DNA of 64,000 nucleotides from contig JAVZBY010000003.1 in the NCBI GenBank assembly GCA_038874655.1, forward strand, positions 140,036 to 204,035. The letters run 5' to 3'. This document shows, in pieces, positions 11,064 to 20,776 of this stretch. The position numbers and the translations under genes are program-made. Below the pieces are notes generated by a model. It saw nothing but the letters and a program-made list of their open reading frames with translations. It was not told where the DNA came from and ran no database searches. Numbering within the stretch: the stretch's first letter is position 1; every line of letters starts with the position of its first letter. This stretch comes from Candidatus Woesearchaeota archaeon. Lineage in GTDB: Archaea; Nanobdellota; Nanobdellia; Woesearchaeales; GW2011-AR15.

Positions 11064-12146
11064 CTAAGGATTTACTTTAACCTCTACATTTACTCCTTTT
11101 TCTGTTTGAACAACTACCTTAGGTTTATCCTGATTATCATTTTTATTATTAGTCTCTTCTTTTACTTCTTTTTTCTCATTTTGTTGCTTCTTCTTTTTTT
11201 TAATACTTTTTTGCTCTTTTTTATTTGAATTTATTTCTTTTTTCTTATTTTTACTATTTTTTTGTTTTGTTTCTTTTTTTACACTTTTTTGTGTTTTATT
11301 ATCCTTTACTTTTGTTTCTTTTAATTTTTGTGTACCCTCTTTTTTTAATTGTTTTTCCAACTTAACTAGTTCTTTTTCTACATCACTAAAGCTAGATTTT
11401 TTATTGCTTTTTTTAGCATTTGTTTTTTTAACTTTTGATTTTTTTGCTTCTTTTTTATTTGATTTTACTTTTTTCTTCTTTTGAGATTTTCCTGATTTTT
11501 TAACTTTTTTATCTGAAGATTCTGTTTTATGGTGTATAATTATTGGTTTTTCAACAACTTTAACAACACTCTCTTTTACCTCACTCTCTTTTACATTAGT
11601 TTGTTCTTTAAGTTGATTCGCCTCTTTACTTTCTTCATCTTTTTTTGGTTCAGGTATCTTCAATTCATCTGTAGAATCTAATAATTTTTTATCTTCTTTA
11701 TAATAGTCCTTATATTTCATAATATCTTTTAAAACCATATCAACTAGATTATTATCTTTCCATCCTTTTGATTCTAAATTTTGCTTTATTTGTTCAGAAC
11801 TATATCCTTTATTCATTGCCCATATAACATAGTTCATTATTTTATATAAATCAGGAGCCAACCTCTTTAAATATAATGTTTCTGTGTCATCTTCTAATTC
11901 TTGTATTTCTTGTTCAAATTTACTTAAATCTGTTGATTCTTCTGTTTCAAATCTTCTAATCTCATCTAAATCCTTTTTTTCTTCTTCTGCTAATTTTTCT
12001 AATTGCATTAATTCTTCTTGCTCTTCAGTAGTCATTCTTTGTAATTTTTGCAGCTGAACTAAAATTATAACAAGCAAGATTAAAAATAATATCACTAACA
12101 TAAAGAAAATTTCAGGTAAAGGCATATTTACTCCAAATACTAACAT
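11064..12146 (-). CDS. Membrane-anchored protein with acidic coiled coil and long Lys-rich low-complexity tail
   Basis: SD GAGGTGAT upstream; N-terminal TM; E-rich heptads; small helical YV...KGYS.EQIK..L...GW domain; K-rich C-terminal third. Confidence 0.7.
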   Translation of the reverse strand: MLVFGVNMPLPEIFFMLVILFLILLVIILVQLQKLQRMTTEEQEELMQLEKLAEEEKKDLDEIRRFETEESTDLSKFEQEIQELEDDTETLYLKRLAPDLYKIMNYVIWAMNKGYSSEQIKQNLESKGWKDNNLVDMVLKDIMKYKDYYKEDKKLLDSTDELKIPEPKKDEESKEANQLKEQTNVKESEVKESVVKVVEKPIIIHHKTESSDKKVKKSGKSQKKKKVKSNKKEAKKSKVKKTNAKKSNKKSSFSDVEKELVKLEKQLKKEGTQKLKETKVKDNKTQKSVKKETKQKNSKNKKKEINSNKKEQKSIKKKKKQQNEKKEVKEETNNKNDNQDKPKVVVQTEKGVNVEVKVNP

Positions 12147-12231
12147 TAACTATCACCTCTTTTATAATAAATAAAGTTATCTTTATAAATTTTTATAAAA
12201 TTTAAAAAAATTAAAATAAAAAAATAAACAA

Positions 12232-15200
12232 CTAAGATTCTAAATCAACACTAGATTCTGCTACTTTATTAATGATCCTGAAACTACCTCCTTTGTATAG
12301 ATAAGCATTTATCTTATAATTAATTCCTTCTCTTACACAATAGGGGTTTGATAGTAAAGGCTCAATTACTATACCTTGAATATAAACACTTCTCATATAA
12401 TCCACAATAACGCTTTTTCCGAATATAGTAGATGGATCATGTATATCTAACTCTATATCTGAATAACCTTCATAATCTCTGTTATTTACTATATAATATA
12501 AATCATAACATACCATGTTTCCTTTATTGAATCTAGAATCTGGCATTGCTCTTATCTCAAATTCTGGAATCACAACTTCTAACTCAATATCTTTTTGAGC
12601 TAAAAGATCATTATTGTTTTTTATATATAATTTTAATATTGCTTTACTTGAAGTATAATCCTTTACTAAAACAACAAAATTAATCTCTTTTTCTTCTCCA
12701 GCAGTAATTTTTTTGATAATTAGATTATTATTTTTTACATCTATTTTATTTGGCGCTTCTAAAGAAATAACTAAATCTTCTAACTCTCTATTTAGATTGT
12801 TTTTTAATTTTACTTTTACTAAAACAGAATCTAATACATTAACAACATTTTTAGTATTAATAGTTATTGTAAATAACTCTTCATTAAGTAGACAGTTTTC
12901 ATCTACTTGTCCATTACAGTTATCGTCTATATTATTACATAATTCCATTCTTCCTGGATTTATATTATAATCATTATCATTACAATCATTACTACCTGAA
13001 CATGTGCTTAAAATTTTATAATAACCATCATTATCTAAATCTACACAAACAGGTTGTTGATTTTGTGTTGTTGGTTTATAACATAATTTTGTATTTGAAT
13101 TGCATAATAATCCACTCTTACAAGAATCTCTTTTTTCATAACAATCTTCGCATGCACAACCCTCGCCTATTTCACATTCTCCGTTTGGTTGCCCTATACA
13201 TCCTTTTTTGCCGCCATGATTTTCACATGTTGCATCACAAGTATTATCATTACATAAAACAGTTCCTTCATCACAATAATAAGTTCTATCTTCTACACAC
13301 AAAGAAGTGAAATAATTACACTTTGCTCCTAAAACACAACCGTCTCTTAAATCATGACAATCTTTACAACCACATCCTTCTCCTAATTGACAGAAACCAT
13401 CTTCAACAATGCAACCTTTAACACCTCCATGATTAGCACATGTTTCATTACAGGTATTATCATTACATAAAGTTGTTCCAACAGGACAACCACATAAACC
13501 AAAAGAACAAATAGCTCCTTGAACACAACTATCTTGTTTGTTTCTACAATCTTCGCAAGCACATCCTTCTCCTATTTCACATTTTCCGTTTCTATTTATA
13601 CAACCTGCAAAACCACTATCTGTTTCTAGACAATTTCTACTACATGTTCCGTCTTTACATAATGCTGTTCCAGGCAAACATTGTTTAAATGCATCATTGC
13701 AATTACTACCATTCCAAACACAACCAAATTGTGTTAATGATGCCCTACAAGGATCAAAAACACATGAAATCTCATTAGTATAGTTTGAACATTTCATATT
13801 ACTTTTACAATTTTCACAATAATCCCCTAAATTACTTGTTGGGAATAAAGCATCAAAAATAGTGCTTGTATTTATCCAATAACCCCCACAATCAAATAAA
13901 CATTTCTCTGCACTACAACCTTCTAAAAAAGGAGGTATTATTGTTTGTTTCCCACAATTTTCTGGCTTATCACATCCACTTGTACATAAAGGATTAGAAT
14001 AACTAAATGGATTTGTTATTGGATTAATTTTACGCTGTGTTAAATATACTTTTCTCAAATTAACTAAACCTTCAAAATTAACATTGAAATTCATTACTGA
14101 ATCAGTTTTTATAACTAAACAATCTAAATCATTTTTAACTTTTGATAAGTACAATACTTCTTTATTATTATCTCTTAATTGATAACTATCTTGGTTTAAA
14201 TCAAAATTATTTAATTCTTTAACAAGCATAGATTTTTCTGAATTTATCCTTATAGTAATATTGTGTTGAATACTATCGTCTGAATAAGTACAAACAAAAT
14301 AATTACAATTTGAATCCCATATATATACTCCATAACCCTGCAAAAACTCTGGTTCATCAATTAAACCATCGCAATCATTATCAACACCATCATTTAATGT
14401 ACTTTCAAAATTTTCTGTTTTTACACAAGGTAAAGAACATTTTTCATTAAGATAATCACATACTAATCCCTGTGCACAACTATCTTTTTTATTAGAGCAA
14501 TCTACACATGCACAACCTTCTCCTTCTTCACATATGCCATTTCTTATATTACAACCCTTTGATGCTGTATCAGTTTCTTTACAATTTTCACTACATGTCC
14601 CCTCTTGGCATAGTGTTGTTCCTAAAGGACATTGACATAAGAAATTAGTATCACAAACAGCACCTAAAACACATCCATCTTGTTTTCCTAAACAATCTGA
14701 ACATGCACACCCTTCTCCTTCTACACAATTTCCATCTGGATCACCAATACAACCCATAAAATCTGTATCTGTTTCTTTACAATCTGAACTACATGTTCCA
14801 TCTTGACATAAACCTGTTCCTACTGGACAACCTTTTAATTCACAACTACATGTGTTTAAATTACATGTTTTACCTTCACCACAATCTTGATCATTACCAC
14901 ATTGTGCCCCACATTTATTCTTTACACACTTGGGTAAATCATATAAACAGTTACAATCTGCACATCCTATTCTTTGTGAAACTTTTTTACTATTTTGTGA
15001 ACACAAAAATTCATTGCAATTATTGCCAAAAACAGGTCGATTATTTATAACATCACATTCTTCTACTGATTCTAGTTTTTCATTACCACATATATTAACA
15101 TTTTCACCTACACAACTATTACAACTCATAACATCTGCATCTGTTATAGCACCATCACTATTAATATCATAAATATTTAAAGACTCTGTATCTGTTTTTC

Positions 15201-16797
15201 CGATATTATTAAATATTGCTGTTAAATCTGCATCATCTACTACATTTGAACTTTCTCCTTCTGTATTAACATTACATTTTAAACATATATTTTGACAAGT
15301 TTCATCTATATATCTTATCCAAACACCATACCTTGGTCTTCCTAAAATATTTGTTATCTCAACTTCTTTACAAACCTTTTTTACACCTTGTGAGCAATAT
15401 GCAAAATTTTCTTCTCTACATTTACCTTGCTCATCTACACAAAGATGTGTATTATTAATACAACATGAAGAAGGATTATTACTCAATTGACCTATTTCTG
15501 AATATTGCATATATGCTGGATTTACAGAATTATAAGTATTAATTGAAACATAATAGTCAATTGGTATTTCCTTATTATCATCTCCACAACACAATCCTTG
15601 AATATCTTCTAACCCCTCAACTTCTTCATTGGGTTTAAAAGTATCTTTACCATAATAACATTGATTTTCATTTTCACAATCAAACCATTTTGATTTAATA
15701 AAGTGATAAACATATTGTGGTGTCTCAGGTGTATTTGACATAGATACAAACTCTTTAATAATTACTTTATCTGTACAATTCCCTTCATTTACATCCAAAT
15801 CAAGCCACCCTCCTTGAATACCATTTCTTGAATAACAATATTCTATTTCATTATCACCATCTGCATCAATTAAAGTGCCAACTGGATGTCCTTTTTTATT
15901 AATGTCAACACAATCTGTATTCCTGTAACTACAATTTATAATATTTGTATTTGAATTACATTCATCCCAATTATATACTAAATTATTCTCATAAAAATAA
16001 TAATAAGTATAATCATAAGGATTTTCATCTCTTCCAGTTTCAAAAACATAATAATCAAAATCAGGATTAATATTATCATTAACTTTTGGACAATAGAAGA
16101 AATTTTCATATCTTATTGGAACAATCACTTCTTCTGTAACATCATATGTATTTGTGTCTAATGCGGTTTTTATTTCATTTCTATTACCTTTAACTATAAC
16201 CCTTAAAGGAGTATTAGAAACAATACTTTGTGTAATTGCTTCATTAGGAACTTGAATCTCTTCCCTAAATGCATATGCATTTCCAACATTATTATAAACT
16301 AAATCCTCATTATCCCAACTTTTATCAACTGTTATAGTATCTCCACAATATGTACAAGCTACTTCTAAAATAAATTTTTTTGAATTAGGACTATTATTCA
16401 AACAAATCTCTGAAACAGAAGCAGTTAAAGATGCTGGCGGATAATTACAAACATTATTATTACATATGCCATAATAGCCACACTTTGTTCCTAATCCAGA
16501 ACATGTGCCACAATTATTAGTTGGTGTTATTTGTACACCACATTGCACTTGAGATGCAGGTGGACATTGAGGTGTACATGATGAACCCTCATTATATTGT
16601 CCACAACAACACGCTAAAACACCATTATCATCTCTACATCCATCAAAGCCAGGTTTACAGTTTGGATAAGTATATTGAATATCTCCCTGACAACAATATT
16701 GACTACATAATTTAGCATTAGAGGGAAATAAAAATATTATAAAAAAAATTAAATATATTATATAATAAAAATTGTTAAACTTATAATTCTCTTTCAT
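12232..16797 (-). CDS. Giant secreted Cys-rich protein with dockerin-like domain, five ~60-aa Cys modules, MopE-like repeats and C-terminal Ig/CARDB-like domain
   Basis: Start at ATG 16797 after SD-like AGGTGG; signal peptide ending PSNA; NVNTEG..VVDDADLTAIFNNIG and DINSDGAITDADV; DNDCDGLIDE; DLDNDGY..DCNDND.NINPG..ELCN.IDDNCNG.VDE; no C-terminal TM. Confidence 0.8.
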   Translation of the reverse strand: MKENYKFNNFYYIIYLIFFIIFLFPSNAKLCSQYCCQGDIQYTYPNCKPGFDGCRDDNGVLACCCGQYNEGSSCTPQCPPASQVQCGVQITPTNNCGTCSGLGTKCGYYGICNNNVCNYPPASLTASVSEICLNNSPNSKKFILEVACTYCGDTITVDKSWDNEDLVYNNVGNAYAFREEIQVPNEAITQSIVSNTPLRVIVKGNRNEIKTALDTNTYDVTEEVIVPIRYENFFYCPKVNDNINPDFDYYVFETGRDENPYDYTYYYFYENNLVYNWDECNSNTNIINCSYRNTDCVDINKKGHPVGTLIDADGDNEIEYCYSRNGIQGGWLDLDVNEGNCTDKVIIKEFVSMSNTPETPQYVYHFIKSKWFDCENENQCYYGKDTFKPNEEVEGLEDIQGLCCGDDNKEIPIDYYVSINTYNSVNPAYMQYSEIGQLSNNPSSCCINNTHLCVDEQGKCREENFAYCSQGVKKVCKEVEITNILGRPRYGVWIRYIDETCQNICLKCNVNTEGESSNVVDDADLTAIFNNIGKTDTESLNIYDINSDGAITDADVMSCNSCVGENVNICGNEKLESVEECDVINNRPVFGNNCNEFLCSQNSKKVSQRIGCADCNCLYDLPKCVKNKCGAQCGNDQDCGEGKTCNLNTCSCELKGCPVGTGLCQDGTCSSDCKETDTDFMGCIGDPDGNCVEGEGCACSDCLGKQDGCVLGAVCDTNFLCQCPLGTTLCQEGTCSENCKETDTASKGCNIRNGICEEGEGCACVDCSNKKDSCAQGLVCDYLNEKCSLPCVKTENFESTLNDGVDNDCDGLIDEPEFLQGYGVYIWDSNCNYFVCTYSDDSIQHNITIRINSEKSMLVKELNNFDLNQDSYQLRDNNKEVLYLSKVKNDLDCLVIKTDSVMNFNVNFEGLVNLRKVYLTQRKINPITNPFSYSNPLCTSGCDKPENCGKQTIIPPFLEGCSAEKCLFDCGGYWINTSTIFDALFPTSNLGDYCENCKSNMKCSNYTNEISCVFDPCRASLTQFGCVWNGSNCNDAFKQCLPGTALCKDGTCSRNCLETDSGFAGCINRNGKCEIGEGCACEDCRNKQDSCVQGAICSFGLCGCPVGTTLCNDNTCNETCANHGGVKGCIVEDGFCQLGEGCGCKDCHDLRDGCVLGAKCNYFTSLCVEDRTYYCDEGTVLCNDNTCDATCENHGGKKGCIGQPNGECEIGEGCACEDCYEKRDSCKSGLLCNSNTKLCYKPTTQNQQPVCVDLDNDGYYKILSTCSGSNDCNDNDYNINPGRMELCNNIDDNCNGQVDENCLLNEELFTITINTKNVVNVLDSVLVKVKLKNNLNRELEDLVISLEAPNKIDVKNNNLIIKKITAGEEKEINFVVLVKDYTSSKAILKLYIKNNNDLLAQKDIELEVVIPEFEIRAMPDSRFNKGNMVCYDLYYIVNNRDYEGYSDIELDIHDPSTIFGKSVIVDYMRSVYIQGIVIEPLLSNPYCVREGINYKINAYLYKGGSFRIINKVAESSVDLES

Positions 16798-16927
16798 ATA
16801 CCCCACCTTCTAAAAGTATTATTTTATTTTTAAAACATTATTAATTAATTTTTAATAAAAGTAATCTCATTTTTTACATATATAAACTTTTCGCTCCTAG
16901 ATAAATTATATCCTAAAAATATCATTT

Positions 16928-17953
16928 CTAATTCACATTCTTTATTAATATCAAAGCACCTTTTTTTGTATCTGGTAAATCTTCAATGGAATATGCGTTA
17001 AAATTACAATCTAATAACCTTAAATTACTATCACCAAATAATTCATCAAAATTAATATTAGTTTCTGTATCATCATTAACATTTTTTGCTTTAAATGTCA
17101 ATTTAGCTATACTTCCTGAACCAGAAGCACATTCATTACCTATAACTCCTAAACTAAATCTTCCCTCACTTGGACTTATCAATGGATAAGAAATACTGTT
17201 TATTTCTTTATGAGAATTATCTAAATTAACAACAAAAACAGAATCAAATAAACTATTTTCATTATAAGATGACGATGTAATTATACCAGTCCTTTCAAGA
17301 GATATAAAATTAGGGTCATACTTTATAGTAATTTGTATAGATCTTAAATTATTAACACAATAAAGATTCAAATACAAATCAAACTCATTGTTCTCATTAA
17401 CAATTACATCATATTTGCTGTAAATATTGCTTTGTTTTGATTCCAAACTAGCTTGATTTTTAGAAATTCTTATTCCATCTTTATCACTTTTAGTTATACA
17501 ATGTCTATTAGTAGTTTCATTAATCTTTTCTGCAAAATTCCCTTTCACAAAAGTAGGCAAAATACTATTATAGGTTTTTTTCACTTTTTTATTTCCGCCT
17601 AAATAATATTTATCAAAAATAATTAAGGTTATTTCATCATTGCTTAAATTAAGTGTATATTCATATCCCATTAATCGTGTTGGTAATTCAAATTCCCTAT
17701 AATAATTATTATGCATTGATGAAGCAATAATAATTTCATTTTTTATATCATTAATCAAATTAATAATCTCTTGATTTTCTTTTTCTTGGCTAATCTCAGA
17801 AATTCTATTTGTAATTAAATATATAAAACCAGTTATAACTAAAAAAACAATACCAAAAATTAATATAAATTCAAAGGATATCTGAGCTATTTTAGCTATT
17901 TTAAAGTATTTAAGCAAACCTTCTTTTGTTATAGTTTTATTAATTTTTTTCAT
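16928..17953 (-). CDS. Pilin-like protein (class III signal) fused to C-terminal cohesin-like domain
   Basis: KIA|QISFEFILIFG (Q+1, E+5); C-terminal EFDLYLNL..VNNLRSIQITIKYDPNFI...GRFSLG...SGSGSIAKLTFKAK...TNINF matches the cohesin consensus; start set at ATG 17953. Confidence 0.75.
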   Translation of the reverse strand: MKKINKTITKEGLLKYFKIAKIAQISFEFILIFGIVFLVITGFIYLITNRISEISQEKENQEIINLINDIKNEIIIASSMHNNYYREFELPTRLMGYEYTLNLSNDEITLIIFDKYYLGGNKKVKKTYNSILPTFVKGNFAEKINETTNRHCITKSDKDGIRISKNQASLESKQSNIYSKYDVIVNENNEFDLYLNLYCVNNLRSIQITIKYDPNFISLERTGIITSSSYNENSLFDSVFVVNLDNSHKEINSISYPLISPSEGRFSLGVIGNECASGSGSIAKLTFKAKNVNDDTETNINFDELFGDSNLRLLDCNFNAYSIEDLPDTKKGALILIKNVN

Positions 17954-17985
17954 TTTAAAAACATCAATTTTCACAGAGACTTTAA

Positions 17986-18774
17986 TCAAGTTTCTTGACA
18001 ACCATTTTTACAAATACCTTTTCCTTTAAAATTATCACTTTTACTTAATTTATTTAAAACAGATGCTTCGTCATCATTATTAGTATCAATCAACCAACTA
18101 TTTGTAATTTTACCTCTATTTCCTGCTGAATCATAACTATAAATTCCATAAACACTTATCTTTATTATTTTATTAGTTTTCCCTTTCCATGAAGCAAAAT
18201 TAGTTTTATCTGCTATTTCATAATTAAAAGTTCCATTTAATTCTAATGTCCATGGATCAATTTGCTTAATAAAATTTCCAAAAAAAGAAACATTTAATTT
18301 TTTCAATTCAATATTTAAGTAAGAAAAATTTTTTTCTAAATCACTTTTTAAATTAGTAAACAAATATCTTTTGTCAATGTAATTCAATTGTGTTAAATTA
18401 TAATCTCTATTATTAACAGTCAAATTACCATCATAAAAAACATCTGGAAATGCTGATAAGAAAGATTTAATATAATTTTGATTAAACCCATTATCATAAT
18501 AAAAATGTGATAAACCAATTATGACTTCTTTAGAACTAATATATAACATGTTTTCTAAATAATAATTTTCAAAATCATTCACAAATGAATTTAAAACTTT
18601 TAACCTTGCTCTTGTAGCATCAAGATCTGAAACTTTTTCATATCTTTTTGAGTTTAAATCAATAGTTGCTAAAAATAAAAAAACAAATAAAATAGAAGTA
18701 ATTGTAAAAAAAACAGACTTTTTATTATTTTTTAATCTAAATTTTTTTAATTTAATTAAGATTCTATTTTTCAT
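17986..18774 (-). CDS. Minor-pilin-like protein with class III-type signal peptide
   Basis: Basic leader then KKS|VFFTITSILFVFLFL; overlaps upstream gene; operonic with other pilin-like genes. Confidence 0.6.
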   Translation of the reverse strand: MKNRILIKLKKFRLKNNKKSVFFTITSILFVFLFLATIDLNSKRYEKVSDLDATRARLKVLNSFVNDFENYYLENMLYISSKEVIIGLSHFYYDNGFNQNYIKSFLSAFPDVFYDGNLTVNNRDYNLTQLNYIDKRYLFTNLKSDLEKNFSYLNIELKKLNVSFFGNFIKQIDPWTLELNGTFNYEIADKTNFASWKGKTNKIIKISVYGIYSYDSAGNRGKITNSWLIDTNNDDEASVLNKLSKSDNFKGKGICKNGCQET

Positions 18775-19330
18775 TCCAAAAAAGCACCTCTACTAAATAA
18801 GGGCCAAATTTAATAAAACTACCATCATTTGGATTTTCATAATACCCAAAAACAATAGTTTGTCTATTAATTATTTGCTCAGCTTTTTGAAATTTATCAC
18901 CTTTTGAAAAAATCTCTTCATTGTTTATTCTTATTTTAAGTCCATATCTATCATCAACTAAATTATATGTGTCTATAAAATCTTTAATTAATAATTTTAT
19001 TTGAGCTCTATTATTTTTATTATATAACTCACCAATAATGGTAATTAAAGTTTGATTAATATTTACATTATTATGTATTGCTGTTAAATTATTAAAATTG
19101 CAATTTCCTGCATTACACAAATCTTCACCCTTAACATTAGTTATTAAATCATAAAAATTGTCTGCTATATTATCCATAGTTATAGCATTACTTTCCGCCC
19201 TATAACTTGAAAATAATAATAAATACCCCATAATCAATATAATTATCCCAAAAATTCCATCAATTATGAAAAATTGTGCTTTTTTATATCTCATTTTGCA
19301 TAACTTTTTACAAATATAATTATTTGCCAT
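18764..19330 (-). CDS. Minor-pilin-like protein with class III signal peptide
   Basis: KKA|QFFIIDGIFGIIILI; start either 19330 or 19294. Confidence 0.7.
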   Translation of the reverse strand: MANNYICKKLCKMRYKKAQFFIIDGIFGIIILIMGYLLLFSSYRAESNAITMDNIADNFYDLITNVKGEDLCNAGNCNFNNLTAIHNNVNINQTLITIIGELYNKNNRAQIKLLIKDFIDTYNLVDDRYGLKIRINNEEIFSKGDKFQKAEQIINRQTIVFGYYENPNDGSFIKFGPYLVEVLFWNEK

Positions 19331-19332
19331 CT

Positions 19333-19887
19333 TTACTCTGCACATATATAAACATTAAAAGTATAAATATCCTTTTGATTATTATAATCATAAAGAACAT
19401 TTCTCTTAATAAGTATTGATTCTTTCAACGAACATTTTGGATTAGCAACTATATTATTTAAATCAGAATCTCCACATAAAATCCTTTCTCCAATAGTTAA
19501 AAAATAAACATAATTATTATTATAATTAGGAAAAACTGCCCTGCTTTTTATTATCCTATTGTTTTTATCTTGTAGATATAAACAATAAGAAATCCTCTTA
19601 ACAGAATTCGTTGTTAAATCTTTAAAAAAAAAGTCATATAAAACATTATTATCCTCATTAAAAAAAGCATCTAGCTTATTATTATCAATTTTAATTCCAT
19701 CTAAAAAATCTTTTTCCTCATCATAAATTTCATTTAACTTATTAAACATTAACTCATATTGAATATCCAATTTTTTTTCAGATGTCAAAAAAAAAGCATT
19801 ATTCAATCCATAAAAAAATAAGGATACTGCAAATATATATAAAATAAAAGTCATAACAAAATCCATACTAATAATTTGAGATTTCAT
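19333..19887 (-). CDS. Minor-pilin-like protein with class III signal peptide
   Basis: MKS|QIISMDFVMTFILYIF. Confidence 0.7.
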   Translation of the reverse strand: MKSQIISMDFVMTFILYIFAVSLFFYGLNNAFFLTSEKKLDIQYELMFNKLNEIYDEEKDFLDGIKIDNNKLDAFFNEDNNVLYDFFFKDLTTNSVKRISYCLYLQDKNNRIIKSRAVFPNYNNNYVYFLTIGERILCGDSDLNNIVANPKCSLKESILIKRNVLYDYNNQKDIYTFNVYICAE

Positions 19888-19899
19888 TTTTTACAAATT

Positions 19900-20454
19900 T
19901 TAACTATATTCTTGTTTTGAGATATTAACACAAATCTTTTGTATTACATTATTATTTTGATATTTATAAATACAATTTGGGATTACATCCAAGTAAATAC
20001 CTTTTAAACCTTCTCCATATATACTTTTTTTTAAACATTTACAATCATTATCAATACAAAGTTCATCTGGATTTATATCGCAATTATCACCATACAATGG
20101 AACACTAGACTCATACATAACTTTATTTTCCCCTCCTGTTGTAATATATTTAAAAATCAAATATGTTTCATTTCCACCTTTAACATTTAATATATACATA
20201 TTAGTAATACCCGAAGGCATCTCAAAAGTTAAGGTTGTTCTAGATGAAACACCATAATAATAAATTTTTCTTGCATTATTTATAATTAAATTAGAAATTT
20301 GATTTAGTTTATTATTAATTGCAAAATCATTGCTTTGGAAAACATAATTTCTAAAAACATAAATTCCAGAAAGCAAAATAGCTAATGCAATAGCAATCAT
20401 TAAAACATATTCCATTGCAAACTGAGATTTACCCCTTTTTTTAAAAATCTTCAT
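19900..20454 (-). CDS. Pilin-like protein with canonical class III signal peptide
   Basis: KKRGKS|QFAMEYVLMIAIALAIL (Q+1, E+5). Confidence 0.8.
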   Translation of the reverse strand: MKIFKKRGKSQFAMEYVLMIAIALAILLSGIYVFRNYVFQSNDFAINNKLNQISNLIINNARKIYYYGVSSRTTLTFEMPSGITNMYILNVKGGNETYLIFKYITTGGENKVMYESSVPLYGDNCDINPDELCIDNDCKCLKKSIYGEGLKGIYLDVIPNCIYKYQNNNVIQKICVNISKQEYS

Positions 20455-20561
20455 AAAAAATAATTAGGAATCTTTCTTTAAATAATTTTTGATAAATTTT
20501 ATACAGAATTCATGATAAATTTCATATAGTATATAGCAAAAAATAAAAAAAAGAAAAAATA

Positions 20562-20651
20562 CGCAGCTGAGAGGATTTGAACCCCCGACCTACTGCTTAG
20601 GAGGCAGTCGCTCTTTTTGGCTTACTTGTATCCAAGCTGAGCTACAGCTGC
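20562..20651 (-). tRNA. tRNA-Arg(CCT) with 15-nt non-canonical intron in the D-loop (20615-20629)
   Basis: Acceptor GCAGCTG/CAGCTGC, anticodon arm ACTGC-CTCCTAA-GCAGT, T arm GGGGG-TTCAAAT-CCTCT; removing the insert restores D arm GCTC-AGCTTGGATA-GAGC. Confidence 0.93.
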
Positions 20652-20776
20652 ATACTAATTATAAATAAATATAAAAAAATATAAAACAAAAAAAAAGAAA
20701 AAAAACTATTTTAAAAATATTGTTAATCTATATGATAAAAACATAAAATTAAAAAGAATAAAAAAATTTTTTTGAT

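Noticed and set aside
12713-17189. Several plus-strand ORFs of 60-100 aa
   Set aside because: Fully antisense to long, well-supported minus-strand genes and without recognisable motifs
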